Of a stretch of DNA of 64,000 bases, positions 19,541-30,161 are shown in pieces. The translations under genes and the position numbers were made by a program. The DNA lies in the NCBI GenBank assembly GCA_045648785.1, contig JAZROP010000003.1, positions 7,074-71,073 of the forward strand. The letters are read 5' to 3'. The stretch is from Clostridia bacterium (GTDB lineage: Bacteria > Bacillota > Clostridia > RUG12999). Numbering within the stretch: the first letter of the stretch is position 1; every line of letters begins with the position of its first letter. Under the pieces are notes generated by a model that did no database searches, had not been told where the DNA came from, and saw only the letters and a program-made list of their open reading frames with translations.

Positions 19541-21334
19541 ATGAAAATTACGGATGATATAAAATATGTCGGCGTGAACGACAGAGAAGTGGACCTTTTT
19601 GAAGGTCAGTATCCCGTTAAAAACGGCATAGCATACAATTCATATGTGATTCTTGACGAAAAAATTGCGGTTATGGATACTGTGGATGTAAGATTTACAC
19701 ATCAGTGGCTTGATAATCTTGAAAATATTCTTGGTGACAGAAAACCCGATTATCTGATTGTTCAGCATATGGAGCCGGACCATTCCGCAAACATTGCAAA
19801 CTTTATGAGGATTTACAGTAATGCCATAATAGTTTCTAGCCAGAAATCCTTTGCGATGATGGAAAAATTTTTTGGCACGGCTTTCCCGGAAAGACAACTG
19901 GTTATAAACGAAGGGGACTGTCTTGAACTTGGCAGACATAAGTTGAGTTTTGTGGCAGCACCCATGGTGCATTGGCCGGAAGTAATGGTTACCTATGACT
20001 CAAGCGATAAGGTGCTTTTCTCGGCAGACGGATTTGGAAAATTCGGAGCAATAGGTACAGACGAGGCATGGGCGGATGAAGCCCGCCGCTACTTTATCGG
20101 AATAGTTGGCAAGTACGGTGCACAGGTTCAAAATCTTCTGAAAAAAGCAGCAGGACTTGATATAGAAATTATTTGTCCGCTTCACGGACCGGTGCTCACT
20201 GAAAATTTAGGATATTATATTAATCTGTATAACACATGGTCGTCATATCAGGCGGAAACGGACGGGATTATGATAGCTTATACCTCTGTTTACGGCAACA
20301 CAAAAAAAGCGGTTGAAATGCTCGCGGAAAAATTTCGCAAAAACGGATGTCCGCAAGTTGTAATTTATGACCTGGCTCGTTGCGATATGACTCAAGCTGT
20401 ATCTGATGCTTTCAGATACAGCAAGCTTGTGCTTGCCACAACAACTTATAATGCGGGGATATTCCCGTTCATGAGAACATTTATAACTCATCTGACTGAA
20501 AGGAATTATCAGAACAGAACAGTTGCACTTATAGAAAACGGTTCCTGGGCACCTCTTGCGGTAAAAATCATGAAAGAAATGATGTCGGATTGTAAAAACA
20601 TTAATTTTGCAGATACGACAGTGCAAATAATGTCTGCTCTTAATCAGGGCAGCAGCGATGCACTAAACTTGCTTGCTGATGAGCTTTGCCGTGATTATAT
20701 TGCGCAGGACAGTGAAACTGCTGATAAAAATGACCTTTCTGCACTTTTCAATATTGGTTACGGACTTTATGTTGTAACTTCAAATGACGGCAAAAAGGAT
20801 AACGGGCTTATTGTAAACACAATCACTCAGGTTACCAATACACCAAACCGCATAGCTGTGACGATTAATAAGGAAAACTATTCACACCATGTTATAAAGC
20901 AAACAGGTAAAATGAATGTAAACTGCCTGTCGGTAGACGCACCATTTACGGTTTTTGAACAGTTTGGTTTTAAAAGTGGCAGACAGACGGATAAGTTTGA
21001 GGGGTTAAAGCCTTTGCGCTCGGATAACGGGCTTGCATTTCTGCCAAGATATATCAACTCATTTATGTCGCTTGAGGTTGAGCAGTATATAGACCTTGAC
21101 ACACACGGAATGTTTATTTGCTCCATTACAGAAGCGAGGGTCATTTCTTCTGCCGAAACCATGACATATACCTATTATCAGAACAATGTCAAGCCCAAGC
21201 CTGAAACGGAAGGCAAGAAGGGGTTTGTATGTAAAATCTGTGGGTATGTTTATGAGGGGGATGAACTTCCTGACGATTATATCTGTCCGCTGTGCAAGCA
21301 TGGTGCAGCAGACTTTGAACCGATAGAAGGATAA
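19541..21334 (+). CDS. Flavodiiron protein fused to a flavin-reductase-like domain and a C-terminal rubredoxin domain (O2/NO reductase module)
   Basis: Metallo-beta-lactamase diiron motif HMEPDHSAN, a flavodoxin-like middle domain, a flavin-reductase-like segment, and the terminal CKICGYVYEG...CPLCKHG rubredoxin. Confidence 0.8.
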   Translation: MKITDDIKYVGVNDREVDLFEGQYPVKNGIAYNSYVILDEKIAVMDTVDVRFTHQWLDNLENILGDRKPDYLIVQHMEPDHSANIANFMRIYSNAIIVSSQKSFAMMEKFFGTAFPERQLVINEGDCLELGRHKLSFVAAPMVHWPEVMVTYDSSDKVLFSADGFGKFGAIGTDEAWADEARRYFIGIVGKYGAQVQNLLKKAAGLDIEIICPLHGPVLTENLGYYINLYNTWSSYQAETDGIMIAYTSVYGNTKKAVEMLAEKFRKNGCPQVVIYDLARCDMTQAVSDAFRYSKLVLATTTYNAGIFPFMRTFITHLTERNYQNRTVALIENGSWAPLAVKIMKEMMSDCKNINFADTTVQIMSALNQGSSDALNLLADELCRDYIAQDSETADKNDLSALFNIGYGLYVVTSNDGKKDNGLIVNTITQVTNTPNRIAVTINKENYSHHVIKQTGKMNVNCLSVDAPFTVFEQFGFKSGRQTDKFEGLKPLRSDNGLAFLPRYINSFMSLEVEQYIDLDTHGMFICSITEARVISSAETMTYTYYQNNVKPKPETEGKKGFVCKICGYVYEGDELPDDYICPLCKHGAADFEPIEG

Positions 21335-21415
21335 AATGATGCTTTAAAACCGGTTTGTTGGTAAAGATGGTGAAAACAAGAGGGTTCAGGCAAACAAAAA
21401 TTGTTTAATTTTGTA

Positions 21416-21444
21416 TTGACAAAATGAAAGTTTAGGGATATAAT
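21416..21444 (+). promoter_or_regulatory. Consensus sigma-A promoter TTGACA-17-TATAAT for yceD-rpmF
   Basis: TTGACA at 21416-21421 and TATAAT at 21439-21444. Confidence 0.55.
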
Positions 21445-21485
21445 GTATCTATATGTCTGCGATCTTTTGCGTGTGGAGGTAAACT

Positions 21486-21986
21486 GTGAAGCTGGAACTT
21501 ATTGATATTTTCAGTACAAACGGTGCTGTGGAGAATTTTGAGGGAGATTTGTTTTTTGATGGCGAAAGCCTGATGGACATGTCTGTTTCGTTTGACGGAC
21601 CGGCACACATAAAAGGCAGGGCGGAGAATATCGGCGGACAGGTTGAAATATCGGCACGCGTTACGGCAAAAATCTTGACAAACTGTGCAAGATGTACGAA
21701 AGATATTTTCAAAGATGTGGACTTTGAATTTACCGAAAGAGTTGCCGGTAAAGGCGCTGAACCGGAGGACGGAGATGATATTATCTTTCTTGATGGTTCG
21801 GAGGTTGATGTTTCGCAGCTGGCGCTGAAAAATTTCATTACGGTATCTCCGATGAAATATCTGTGCAAAGAAGACTGTAAGGGTCTTTGCCCCCATTGCG
21901 GTGCTGACAGAAATGAAACTGAATGCGACTGCGAGGCGGATATGACAGACCCCAGATTTGATGTACTTAATAATTTGTTCAGGTAA
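21486..21986 (+). CDS. yceD: YceD/DUF177 family protein (large-ribosomal-subunit-associated; precedes rpmF)
   Basis: GTG start with RBS GGAGGT. C-terminal CKGLCPHCGADRNETECDCE is the DUF177 signature. Conserved synteny with rpmF. Confidence 0.8.
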   Translation: MKLELIDIFSTNGAVENFEGDLFFDGESLMDMSVSFDGPAHIKGRAENIGGQVEISARVTAKILTNCARCTKDIFKDVDFEFTERVAGKGAEPEDGDDIIFLDGSEVDVSQLALKNFITVSPMKYLCKEDCKGLCPHCGADRNETECDCEADMTDPRFDVLNNLFR

Positions 21987-22024
21987 ATAATATAGTTTGA
22001 ATTTTACGAGGAGGTGTCTTAGGT

Positions 22025-22210
22025 ATGGCAGTACCCAAGAGAAAAACATCAAAAGCAAGAAGAGACAAGAGAAGAGCTAACTGGAAACTCCTGATTCCGG
22101 GCATGGTTGAATGTCCTCAGTGTCATGAGTACAAAATGCCGCACAGAATCTGCAAGGCTTGCGGATACTACAACGGTAAAGAAATTGTTAAAACTGCTGA
22201 AGAAGCATAA
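22025..22210 (+). CDS. rpmF: 50S ribosomal protein L32
   Basis: [17 protein letters not shown]...[20 protein letters not shown]. Confidence 0.9.
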   Translation: MAVPKRKTSKARRDKRRANWKLLIPGMVECPQCHEYKMPHRICKACGYYNGKEIVKTAEEA

Positions 22211-22213
22211 ATA

Positions 22214-22245
22214 ACACAGGGGGTTTCAAAACCCCCTTTTCTTTT
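22214..22245 (+). terminator. Rho-independent terminator after rpmF
   Basis: AGGGGGTTTCAAAACCCCCT followed by TTTTCTTTTT. Confidence 0.7.
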
Positions 22246-22266
22246 TGCGTTTTAAGGAGGGATAAC

Positions 22267-23583
22267 ATGAAGTCCTACAATAAAATTATTGGGGTTGACC
22301 CGGGCAGTATAGCGGAAGAAGCAGGAATTTGTGCCGGTGATACTCTTGTAGCTATAGACGATACCAAGATTACAGATATTCTCCAGTATAAATATCTTTG
22401 TGCTGCGGAAGAGCTTGACCTTGAAATATTAAAAGCAAATGGTGACAGGGAAATTATTGAGATTGAAAAGGACGAATATGAGGATTTGGGGATAGAATTT
22501 GAATATCCGCTGCTTGGACCTGCCAGAGCTTGTGCCAATAAATGTGTTTTTTGTTTTATTGACCAGTTGCCTTGCGGTATGAGAAAAACCCTCTATTTTA
22601 AAGATGACGACTCAAGACTTTCTTTTTTGCACGGAAACTATGTCACGCTGACAAATTTGAGTGATGATGATATAGAAAAACTTTGTGCGATGAGAGTAAG
22701 TCCTGTGAATATTTCTGTTCATGCGACCAACCCTGAGGTGAGGAAATTCATAATGGGCAATAAAAATGCCGGCAATGTGATGGAGCGCATGAAACGCTTT
22801 GCAAAGAGTGGCATCGTGATGAATTGTCAGATTGTTCTTTGTCCGGGGATAAATGACGGTAAAGTGCTTGACGACAGCATAAAAACACTTGGGGAATTAT
22901 ATCCGCATATATATTCCGTTTCCGTTGTGCCGGTAGGGCTTACCGACCACCGTGACGGGCTTTTTGAGCTGAAACCATTTGATAAAAATTCAGCATCGTC
23001 TGTTGTTCGTCAGGTTGAAGCGTGGCAGAAAAAATTTTATAATGAGCATGGCACGAGAATAATATATCTTGCAGACGAATTTTATCTTAAAGCAGGCATG
23101 CCGCTGCCTGATGCAGAGAAGTATGAGGATTTTCCTCAAATCGAAAATGGAGTGGGTCTTATTTCTTCTATGCAGGAGGAATTTGATTATGCGATAGAAA
23201 ATGTTCACCCGATGAAAGAAAAAAGGACTGTTAGCATCGCGACGGGTGAAGCTGCGTTTGATTTTATTTTGTCGCTGGCTGAGAAACTGGAAAAAGTGGC
23301 AGGAGGACTTAAAATAAAAGTCCATAAGGTAAAAAACATTACCTTTGGTGAAAAGATTACCGTTGTGGGTCTGTTGTGCGGAAGAGATATAGTAAAGGGG
23401 CTTGAGGGCAAAGAACTTGGCGAGACTCTTTATATTCCACGCTCAATGCTGCGTGACGGTGAAAATGTGATGCTTGATGACATGACAACAGACGAGCTTG
23501 CAAAGACTCTTAATGTTAAAGTTGATGTTGTTGATTGCGACGGTGCAGAGCTTGTCAGAAAGTTGACAAAACAGGAAATATAA
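22267..23583 (+). CDS. PDZ-domain / DUF512 protein (radical-SAM-like fold), conserved upstream of der in Clostridia
   Basis: 438 aa. N-terminal PDZ-like GVDPGSIAEEAGICAGDTLVAIDD, then Cys motif CANKCVFCF. Position immediately 5' of der. Confidence 0.7.
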   Translation: MKSYNKIIGVDPGSIAEEAGICAGDTLVAIDDTKITDILQYKYLCAAEELDLEILKANGDREIIEIEKDEYEDLGIEFEYPLLGPARACANKCVFCFIDQLPCGMRKTLYFKDDDSRLSFLHGNYVTLTNLSDDDIEKLCAMRVSPVNISVHATNPEVRKFIMGNKNAGNVMERMKRFAKSGIVMNCQIVLCPGINDGKVLDDSIKTLGELYPHIYSVSVVPVGLTDHRDGLFELKPFDKNSASSVVRQVEAWQKKFYNEHGTRIIYLADEFYLKAGMPLPDAEKYEDFPQIENGVGLISSMQEEFDYAIENVHPMKEKRTVSIATGEAAFDFILSLAEKLEKVAGGLKIKVHKVKNITFGEKITVVGLLCGRDIVKGLEGKELGETLYIPRSMLRDGENVMLDDMTTDELAKTLNVKVDVVDCDGAELVRKLTKQEI

Positions 23584-23662
23584 GGTATAATGATAAATTG
23601 GAATGGGATGTTTTAAAAAGACTAGACAATGTGCCGGCAAAAGTCGGCTGAAGGAGTAATAT

Positions 23663-24988
23663 ATGAAGCCTATAGTTGCAATTGTGGGCAGACCGAATGT
23701 TGGAAAATCTGCCCTGTTTAACAGGCTTGTCGGCAAAAAAATATCTATTGTTGAGGATACTCCGGGCGTCACTCGTGACCGTATTTATTCGGATGCTGAA
23801 TGGCGCGGACGACAGTTTCTAATGATAGATACAGGGGGAATTGAACCCACCGAAGATGATGAGCTTTTAGTAAATATGCGCCGTCAGGCGCAGGCTGCAA
23901 TCGAAATTGCGCATGTTACCATTTTTGTGGTTGACCTTAAAACGGGCGTTACGGCAGCGGATGCAGAAATTGCGTCAATGCTGCAGAAAGCTAAAAAACC
24001 GGTTATACTTGCAGTGAACAAAACTGATAAAGTAGGCGAGTTGCCACCGGATTTTTATGAGTTTTATAACCTTGGACTTGGTGACCCGGTTGCGGTTTCT
24101 GCCCTGCAGAGTCTTGGACTTGGCGATTTGCTGGACGAAGTATATAAATATTTCCCTGCTGAGGATGAAGAGGATACGGATGATGACATTATCCGTGTGG
24201 CGGTTATCGGCAGACCAAATGCCGGTAAATCATCGCTTATCAACAGAATTGTAGGGGAAGAAAGAGTTATTGTCAGCAATATTCCGGGGACGACCAGAGA
24301 TGCGGTTGACACATATGTTGAAAAAGATGGGCAGAAATATCTGTTTATTGACACAGCCGGGATACGCCGCAAAAGTAAGGTTGACGAAAAGATTGAAAAA
24401 TTCAGCGTTCTGCGTGCTTTTGCAGCGGTTGACAGAGCAGATGTCTGCCTGATGGTGGTGGACGGTAATGAAGGAATAGCGGAACAGGATGCAAAAATTG
24501 CCGGCTACGCTCATGAAGAGGGTAAGGCAAGTATTGTTCTTGTAAATAAATGGGACCTTGTTACAAAGGAAACAGGCACAATGAACGAGTATAAAAAACG
24601 CGTTATGGAGCATCTTTCCTTTATGACATATGCACCGATAGAATTTATTTCGGCAAAAACGGGGTCGAGAGTGGACAAGATATATCCCATTATTAACAAA
24701 GTAGCGAAGATGCATGCTACCAGAATTAAAACAGGTGCACTGAATGATATTATAAATGAAGCTACGCTTAAAGTTCAGCCACCGTCGGACAAGGGTAAAA
24801 GGCTTAAAATTTATTATGGCACACAGCCATCAGCAAAGCCGCCCACATTTGTTATCTTTGTTAATAACAAGGATCTGGCACATTTTTCCTATATCAGATA
24901 CCTTGAAAACCAAATAAGGGATGCCTTCGGTCTTGAAGGAACTCCGGTGAGATTTATTATTAGAGAGCGTGGAGAAAAGAATAATTAA
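23663..24988 (+). CDS. der: Ribosome-biogenesis GTPase Der (EngA), tandem GTPase domains plus KH-like C-terminus
   Basis: GRPNVGKS is present twice, with DTGG and NKxD motifs. Confidence 0.9.
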   Translation: MKPIVAIVGRPNVGKSALFNRLVGKKISIVEDTPGVTRDRIYSDAEWRGRQFLMIDTGGIEPTEDDELLVNMRRQAQAAIEIAHVTIFVVDLKTGVTAADAEIASMLQKAKKPVILAVNKTDKVGELPPDFYEFYNLGLGDPVAVSALQSLGLGDLLDEVYKYFPAEDEEDTDDDIIRVAVIGRPNAGKSSLINRIVGEERVIVSNIPGTTRDAVDTYVEKDGQKYLFIDTAGIRRKSKVDEKIEKFSVLRAFAAVDRADVCLMVVDGNEGIAEQDAKIAGYAHEEGKASIVLVNKWDLVTKETGTMNEYKKRVMEHLSFMTYAPIEFISAKTGSRVDKIYPIINKVAKMHATRIKTGALNDIINEATLKVQPPSDKGKRLKIYYGTQPSAKPPTFVIFVNNKDLAHFSYIRYLENQIRDAFGLEGTPVRFIIRERGEKNN

Positions 24989-25008
24989 TCCATAGCAGGA
25001 GGGTTTTT

Positions 25009-25650
25009 ATGAATATAATTATTATTGTGGCAAGTGCAGTTATTTGTTATTTTTTCGGAAGCATCAGCGCTTCCATTATTGTAGGCAGATTTCTTGGACT
25101 TTCGGATATAAGAAAGCATGGCAGTGGCAATGCGGGAACTACCAACGCGCTGCGTGTTTTGGGGAAAAAAGCAGCAATTTTCACGCTGCTTGGAGATGTT
25201 TTAAAAACGGTTATTGCAGTGCTTATTGCAAAGTTTCTGGCGAAATTTATTGAGGACGGCTACCTTTCTCAATTGTCAGTATATATTTCCTGCTTCTGCA
25301 CGGCACTTGGTCATAATTACCCCATATTCTTTAAATTTAAAGGCGGTAAAGGCGTTCTGACATCAGGGGTTATCATTATTATGATTAGTCCTGTTATAGG
25401 TACGGCAACAGTTATTTGTTGCTTGTTTGTTATGGCAATTACAAAATATGTTTCGCTCGGCTCAATGACGGGCGGTGTGGTTTATCCTTTATGGATAATT
25501 CTTTATTATACGACAGACATAACAAAAATTGTTTTTTCAGTAGTGTTGGGAGCAATGCTTGTTATAAAACATTCACCCAATATAAAAAGGCTTTTGAGCG
25601 GCACAGAAAGCAAGTTTGGAGCCAAAAAGGAACAGAATAAAAATGACTAA
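25009..25650 (+). CDS. plsY: Glycerol-3-phosphate acyltransferase PlsY
   Basis: GSGNAGTTNALRVLGKK and GHNYPIFFKFKGGKGV motifs. Confidence 0.9.
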   Translation: MNIIIIVASAVICYFFGSISASIIVGRFLGLSDIRKHGSGNAGTTNALRVLGKKAAIFTLLGDVLKTVIAVLIAKFLAKFIEDGYLSQLSVYISCFCTALGHNYPIFFKFKGGKGVLTSGVIIIMISPVIGTATVICCLFVMAITKYVSLGSMTGGVVYPLWIILYYTTDITKIVFSVVLGAMLVIKHSPNIKRLLSGTESKFGAKKEQNKND

Positions 25651-27187
25651 AAAAGAAACCCGTGCAGGAACGGTGGGGTTTATATTTGTAGCTATTGTGC
25701 TGTCCAAACTGCTTGGACTGTTAAGAGGCGCCGCTGTAGCACTTTTCTATGGAACGGATTATGTTGCGAGTGCTTATTCAATGGCATCACAGATTCCCGT
25801 TAACTTTTTTGATATGATATTGGGATCAGCGGTTTCTTCTGCGTTTATCCCGATATATAATAAATTCTCCGAAAAAGATGGCAGACCCCGTGCAGACAGT
25901 TTTGCATCACGGTTTATAGGCATGATAACAGTGGTAACTGTTTTGCTCTCGGTAGTGGGTGTGGTATTTGCACCGCAGATAATAAAAATAATGGGCGGTG
26001 GAATGTCGACGGAGGCTGCAAATCTTGCTTCTCGACTTCTTCAGATAATGTTCCCCCTTGTTATTTTTACGGGGCTTGCGTTTTCATTTGTGGGAATTTT
26101 ACAGTCGCTCGGTGAATTTAAAGTACCGGCGGTTATGAGCCTTATTTCAAATCTTGTATGTATATTTTATCTTTTTACCATGAACGACCGGTTTGGAATA
26201 TACGGGCTTTCGGCGGCGCTTTTAATCGGATGGGCGCTGCAGTTTGTTATTTTAATTTATCCTGCAAAAAAACGGGGATTTTCTTATGACCTTAAAGCAG
26301 GAATTGTTGACAGTGGCTTTAAAGATGTTGCCAAGCTTGCACTTCCGGTGCTTTTGGCATCTTGGGTTCAGCCGGTAAACACAATGGTTAATATAAGCAT
26401 TGCATCGGGACTTGGAGATGGCAGCGGAATAGCCGTTTTAGACTATGCAAATAAGCTTTATATAATAGCAGCTTCGGCCTTTTCGATGGCGGTGACAAAT
26501 TATATATTTCCTAAGCTGTCCCGACTGGGAGCTGGTGGCGACAGTGAAGAATGGGCAAATGTGCTCAGAGGCAGTATAAGAACTGTTATGTTTGTGGTGC
26601 TGCCTATAATGATTATATTCCTTGCAGGCAGTGAGGAAATAATAAGAATAATATATGGAAGAGGTCAGTTTGGAGAACAGTCAATATATATGACATCTTC
26701 TGCTCTTAGATTTTATTCTGTTGGTATGATATGGTACGCCCTGCAGGAAATATTCAATAAGGCATTCTATTCGGTGATGGATTCTAAAACTCCCGTTATA
26801 GCTGCCGTAGGAGGCATAGTAATAAATATAATTCTCAGTTTTATTTTGTCGGAATCAATGGGCATTGACGGACTTGCTCTGGCTGCATCTGTTTCTGCTT
26901 GTGTTTGCAGCATATTCAGCTTTATAATGCTGAGAAAAAAAGCGGATGGAATAACAAGTTTCGGTTTAATCAAACTGATAATATGCGGAATGATTGCCGC
27001 AACAACTTGTATATTTGCAAGGGGCTTTGCGCTTAAAATGATTGGTAATGAAGGATTTATTTTGTCGGTAGCCGTATTGATTATTTCGTCGGCAGCTTGT
27101 GGAGTGGTTTATTTATTATCAGCATTTTTGCTTAAGGTGAATGAAACTAATATAATTAAAAAAATAATTAAAAATTTAATCAGATGA
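25643..27187 (+). CDS. murJ: Lipid II flippase MurJ (MviN)
   Basis: 14-TM MOP-superfamily pattern. N-terminus LLGLLRGAAVALFYG. ATG 25643 overlaps the plsY end. The ORF-track start at 25616 lies inside plsY. Confidence 0.85.
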   Translation: MTKKETRAGTVGFIFVAIVLSKLLGLLRGAAVALFYGTDYVASAYSMASQIPVNFFDMILGSAVSSAFIPIYNKFSEKDGRPRADSFASRFIGMITVVTVLLSVVGVVFAPQIIKIMGGGMSTEAANLASRLLQIMFPLVIFTGLAFSFVGILQSLGEFKVPAVMSLISNLVCIFYLFTMNDRFGIYGLSAALLIGWALQFVILIYPAKKRGFSYDLKAGIVDSGFKDVAKLALPVLLASWVQPVNTMVNISIASGLGDGSGIAVLDYANKLYIIAASAFSMAVTNYIFPKLSRLGAGGDSEEWANVLRGSIRTVMFVVLPIMIIFLAGSEEIIRIIYGRGQFGEQSIYMTSSALRFYSVGMIWYALQEIFNKAFYSVMDSKTPVIAAVGGIVINIILSFILSESMGIDGLALAASVSACVCSIFSFIMLRKKADGITSFGLIKLIICGMIAATTCIFARGFALKMIGNEGFILSVAVLIISSAACGVVYLLSAFLLKVNETNIIKKIIKNLIR

Positions 27188-27211
27188 TAGTTGTTTCCGG
27201 AAAGGAGTGAT

Positions 27212-29065
27212 ATGGTGAATAACGGTGTGATTTTATCCGCACTTTTCAGATTGTGGAATTTTCTGAAAAATGCTTACGAAAATAGTCTCTATTACAGAAT
27301 TTTCAATAAAATTGCGGACGCGATAGGCGGAATTTACAGAAAAAGTCTGCTTTTTGGATTTTTTAAAGGTACAAAAACTGATGCGGAAAAAAGCATTGTT
27401 TCTAAACTGATAAACTCATTTTTTGCATTCTTCCACAGGAATTTGCATCAAAAGGTTCTGGTTATCGGGAAACAGGCAAAGAAAAGTGTAATTATAAAAA
27501 ACATATCCTTCCTTTTAAATGGTTGGTATGCAATCAGTGTCAGATATTATGCTCTCGCACTTACCGGATTTGTATGCTTCAGACTGGTCCTTAAAAGAAT
27601 ATTGTCACAAATGATAGGTCCATATACACTTATTCTTGTATTGATAGCAATAGCGGGAGTTTTTATTGATGTTTCACCGGCGGCATTATATGAAGGCAGT
27701 AAAATAAGACAGATTGCAGGACTTCCTGCTCTGCCAGAGCATATCCGGCTTAAAAAACGAGTAAAACCGCATAAAGCTGTAACTGTTGCGTTGGTGTGCG
27801 GAAGCATAAGCGGACTTTTAACACTTGTGCCGGTTGGTTGGTTTGCTATAGGGGCAGTTGCAGGCGGTATCCTATTAATTGCTAAACCACTGCTTGGAGT
27901 TGCAATTATTGCGACTTGTTTTCCCGTTTTGCCCACCATGGGAGTTGTGGCGCTGGGAGTTTATCTTCTGGCGGCAATGTTTATAAAATACCTGTATGGT
28001 GAAAATAAGGAAATAAATGTTGATACATTTGATATAGCAATCCTCGCAATGTGCGGAGTGATTGTATATGGGGTGATGAATTCATTTGCCCTTTCAGGAA
28101 GCGTACTTCCGGCGGCAGTGTACATGCTGTTTGTTTCAAGCTTTTATGTTTTGAGACGCGCTTGTCGGGAAAAGGATTTTTTACACATGCTTTTAAACCT
28201 TATTGTTTTTGTGTCAGCACTGGTTTCCCTTTATGGGATTTATCAGAAATTGACCGGACAAGCAGAAACGACATGGACTGATACCGAAATGTTTGAGGAA
28301 ATGGGCGGCAGAATTTATTCCACCTTTGGAAATCCCAATGTATTTGGTGAGTATTTGCTCATGGTAATGCCCATAACATTTGGATTGATGCTAAAGTCTG
28401 CATCAGCCAATAGAAAAGTTGTTTATCTGGGAATTTTCTCACTGCAGACGGTGTGTATGATATTGACATATTCGCGCGGATGCTGGATAGGTATAGCACT
28501 TTCTATGGCTATTATGATTGTGTTCTCGCGAAGAAAGCTGACATCGCTTATGGTTTTTGGTGTCTTGCTTGCACCGCTTTTCATTCCCCAAACAATTATG
28601 CAAAGGCTTATGAGTATAGGTAATGTTGCAGACACATCAACCTCATACAGAGTCTATATATGGCAGGGAACTCTTCGTATGCTTAAGGATTTCTGGTACT
28701 GCGGAGTTGGTATTGGTGAAGCGGCGTTTGGAAATGTATATCCGTCATATTCACTCAATGCGGTTTCCGCCCCCCATGCACACAACCTATATCTGCATAT
28801 ACTTTCTGAAACAGGAATTTTAGGATTTGGAACAGTTGTTGTGCTTATAGCACTTTTCTACAAATATATCTCATCAGCAGCTATAACAAACTCTGAAAAT
28901 AAGATAACAGCCATCTCACTCGGCGCGGCCATGATTGGTTATCTCGCACAGGGTATGTTTGACAATGTGTGGTACAACTATCGAATTTATTTCTTCTTCT
29001 TTGTTGTGCTGGCGCTTGGAGCGGCGCTCAGGGATATTTCAGCTATGGAGGCAAAAAATGAATAA
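27212..29065 (+). CDS. O-antigen ligase/polymerase-family (Wzy_C) polytopic membrane protein
   Basis: Signature YSRGCWIGIALSM and multiple TM helices. ATG 27212 is preceded by AAGGAG. The ORF-track start at 27191 is a TTG. Confidence 0.7.
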   Translation: MVNNGVILSALFRLWNFLKNAYENSLYYRIFNKIADAIGGIYRKSLLFGFFKGTKTDAEKSIVSKLINSFFAFFHRNLHQKVLVIGKQAKKSVIIKNISFLLNGWYAISVRYYALALTGFVCFRLVLKRILSQMIGPYTLILVLIAIAGVFIDVSPAALYEGSKIRQIAGLPALPEHIRLKKRVKPHKAVTVALVCGSISGLLTLVPVGWFAIGAVAGGILLIAKPLLGVAIIATCFPVLPTMGVVALGVYLLAAMFIKYLYGENKEINVDTFDIAILAMCGVIVYGVMNSFALSGSVLPAAVYMLFVSSFYVLRRACREKDFLHMLLNLIVFVSALVSLYGIYQKLTGQAETTWTDTEMFEEMGGRIYSTFGNPNVFGEYLLMVMPITFGLMLKSASANRKVVYLGIFSLQTVCMILTYSRGCWIGIALSMAIMIVFSRRKLTSLMVFGVLLAPLFIPQTIMQRLMSIGNVADTSTSYRVYIWQGTLRMLKDFWYCGVGIGEAAFGNVYPSYSLNAVSAPHAHNLYLHILSETGILGFGTVVVLIALFYKYISSAAITNSENKITAISLGAAMIGYLAQGMFDNVWYNYRIYFFFFVVLALGAALRDISAMEAKNE

Positions 29066-30161
29066 GCTTAAAGTGGTTAACATAATTTCGGACACGAACA
29101 TTGGCGGTGCGGGAAAATGTGTTATAACACATGCACGGTTTCATGACCGTGAAAAGTTTGATTTAACGGTTGTTGTTCCAAGAGGCAGTAAGCTAAAACC
29201 GGAAATTGATGCACTTGGTGTTAAATGTGTTGAGGCGGACGGAGTGGCAGATAAATCACTTAGTCTTAAAGGGATTATGGCTCAAAGAAAACTGTTTCGT
29301 CAGCTGAAATGTGATGTTGTTCATGCACACGCAACCCTGTCAGCAAGAATTGCTGCAAGGCTTGCTGGGGTCAAAGGAATAGTTTACACTCGTCACAGCG
29401 TCTTTGAACCGAGCAGATTTATGAAAAGTCCAATAGGAAAGCTGCTCAATAAAATAGTTGCGGCGCTTTTTTCGGACAGGATTATTGCTGTTGCGGAAGC
29501 GGCAGCAAAAAATGTTATCGATATGGGTGTAAGCCGCAAAAAAATATCGGTTGTACTTAATGGGATTTCGCCTTTAAAACCGCTTACAGAGGAAGAAAAG
29601 GCGGAGCAGAGAAAACGCTTTGGTGTTGCGGAAGATGAAAAAGTTGTTTCACTCGTTGCAAGGCTTGAAATGGTTAAAGGCCATGACGATTATATAAAAG
29701 CGGCACAAATTTTGAAAAATCAGGGCGTAAAAGTTAAACTGATTGCTGCCGGTAACGGAAGTAGAGAAGCGGAACTTAAGGACAATAAAGATGTTCTGTT
29801 CACTGGCTTTATAAGTGATGCTTATAACCTGATAGGTATCACGGATATAAGTGCAAATGCATCCTTTGGAACTGAAGCGACAAGTATATCTCTTCTTGAG
29901 GGTATGAGTCTTGGAATTCCGGCAGTAGTAACTGATTATGGTGGAAATCCGGGGGTAATTAAGGATGGTGAAAACGGATTTTTAGTTCCAACGCATAATG
30001 GTGAAATGCTTGCTGAGAAAATAAAGATTTTGGTTGAAGACAGGGAACTTTATGAAAACATGAGCAAAAAATCAACAGAAATTTTCTATGAAAAATTTAC
30101 TGCCGACAATGTAACAAGGCAGATTGAAGAAATATATCTCTCTGTGGGAGGTGCAAAATAA
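29059..30161 (+). CDS. Glycosyltransferase family 4 (GT-B)
   Basis: C-terminal E..LEGMSLGIPAVVTDYGGNPGVIKDGENGFLV is the Glycos_transf_1 motif. ATG 29059 overlaps the upstream gene. Confidence 0.75.

Noticed and set aside
21341-21415. AAACCGGTTT palindrome and an AT-only hairpin (AAACAA-AAA-TTGTTT) after the flavodiiron gene as a possible terminator
   Set aside because: The first has no loop. The second has no GC content, so it is at best a weak terminator and I did not call it.
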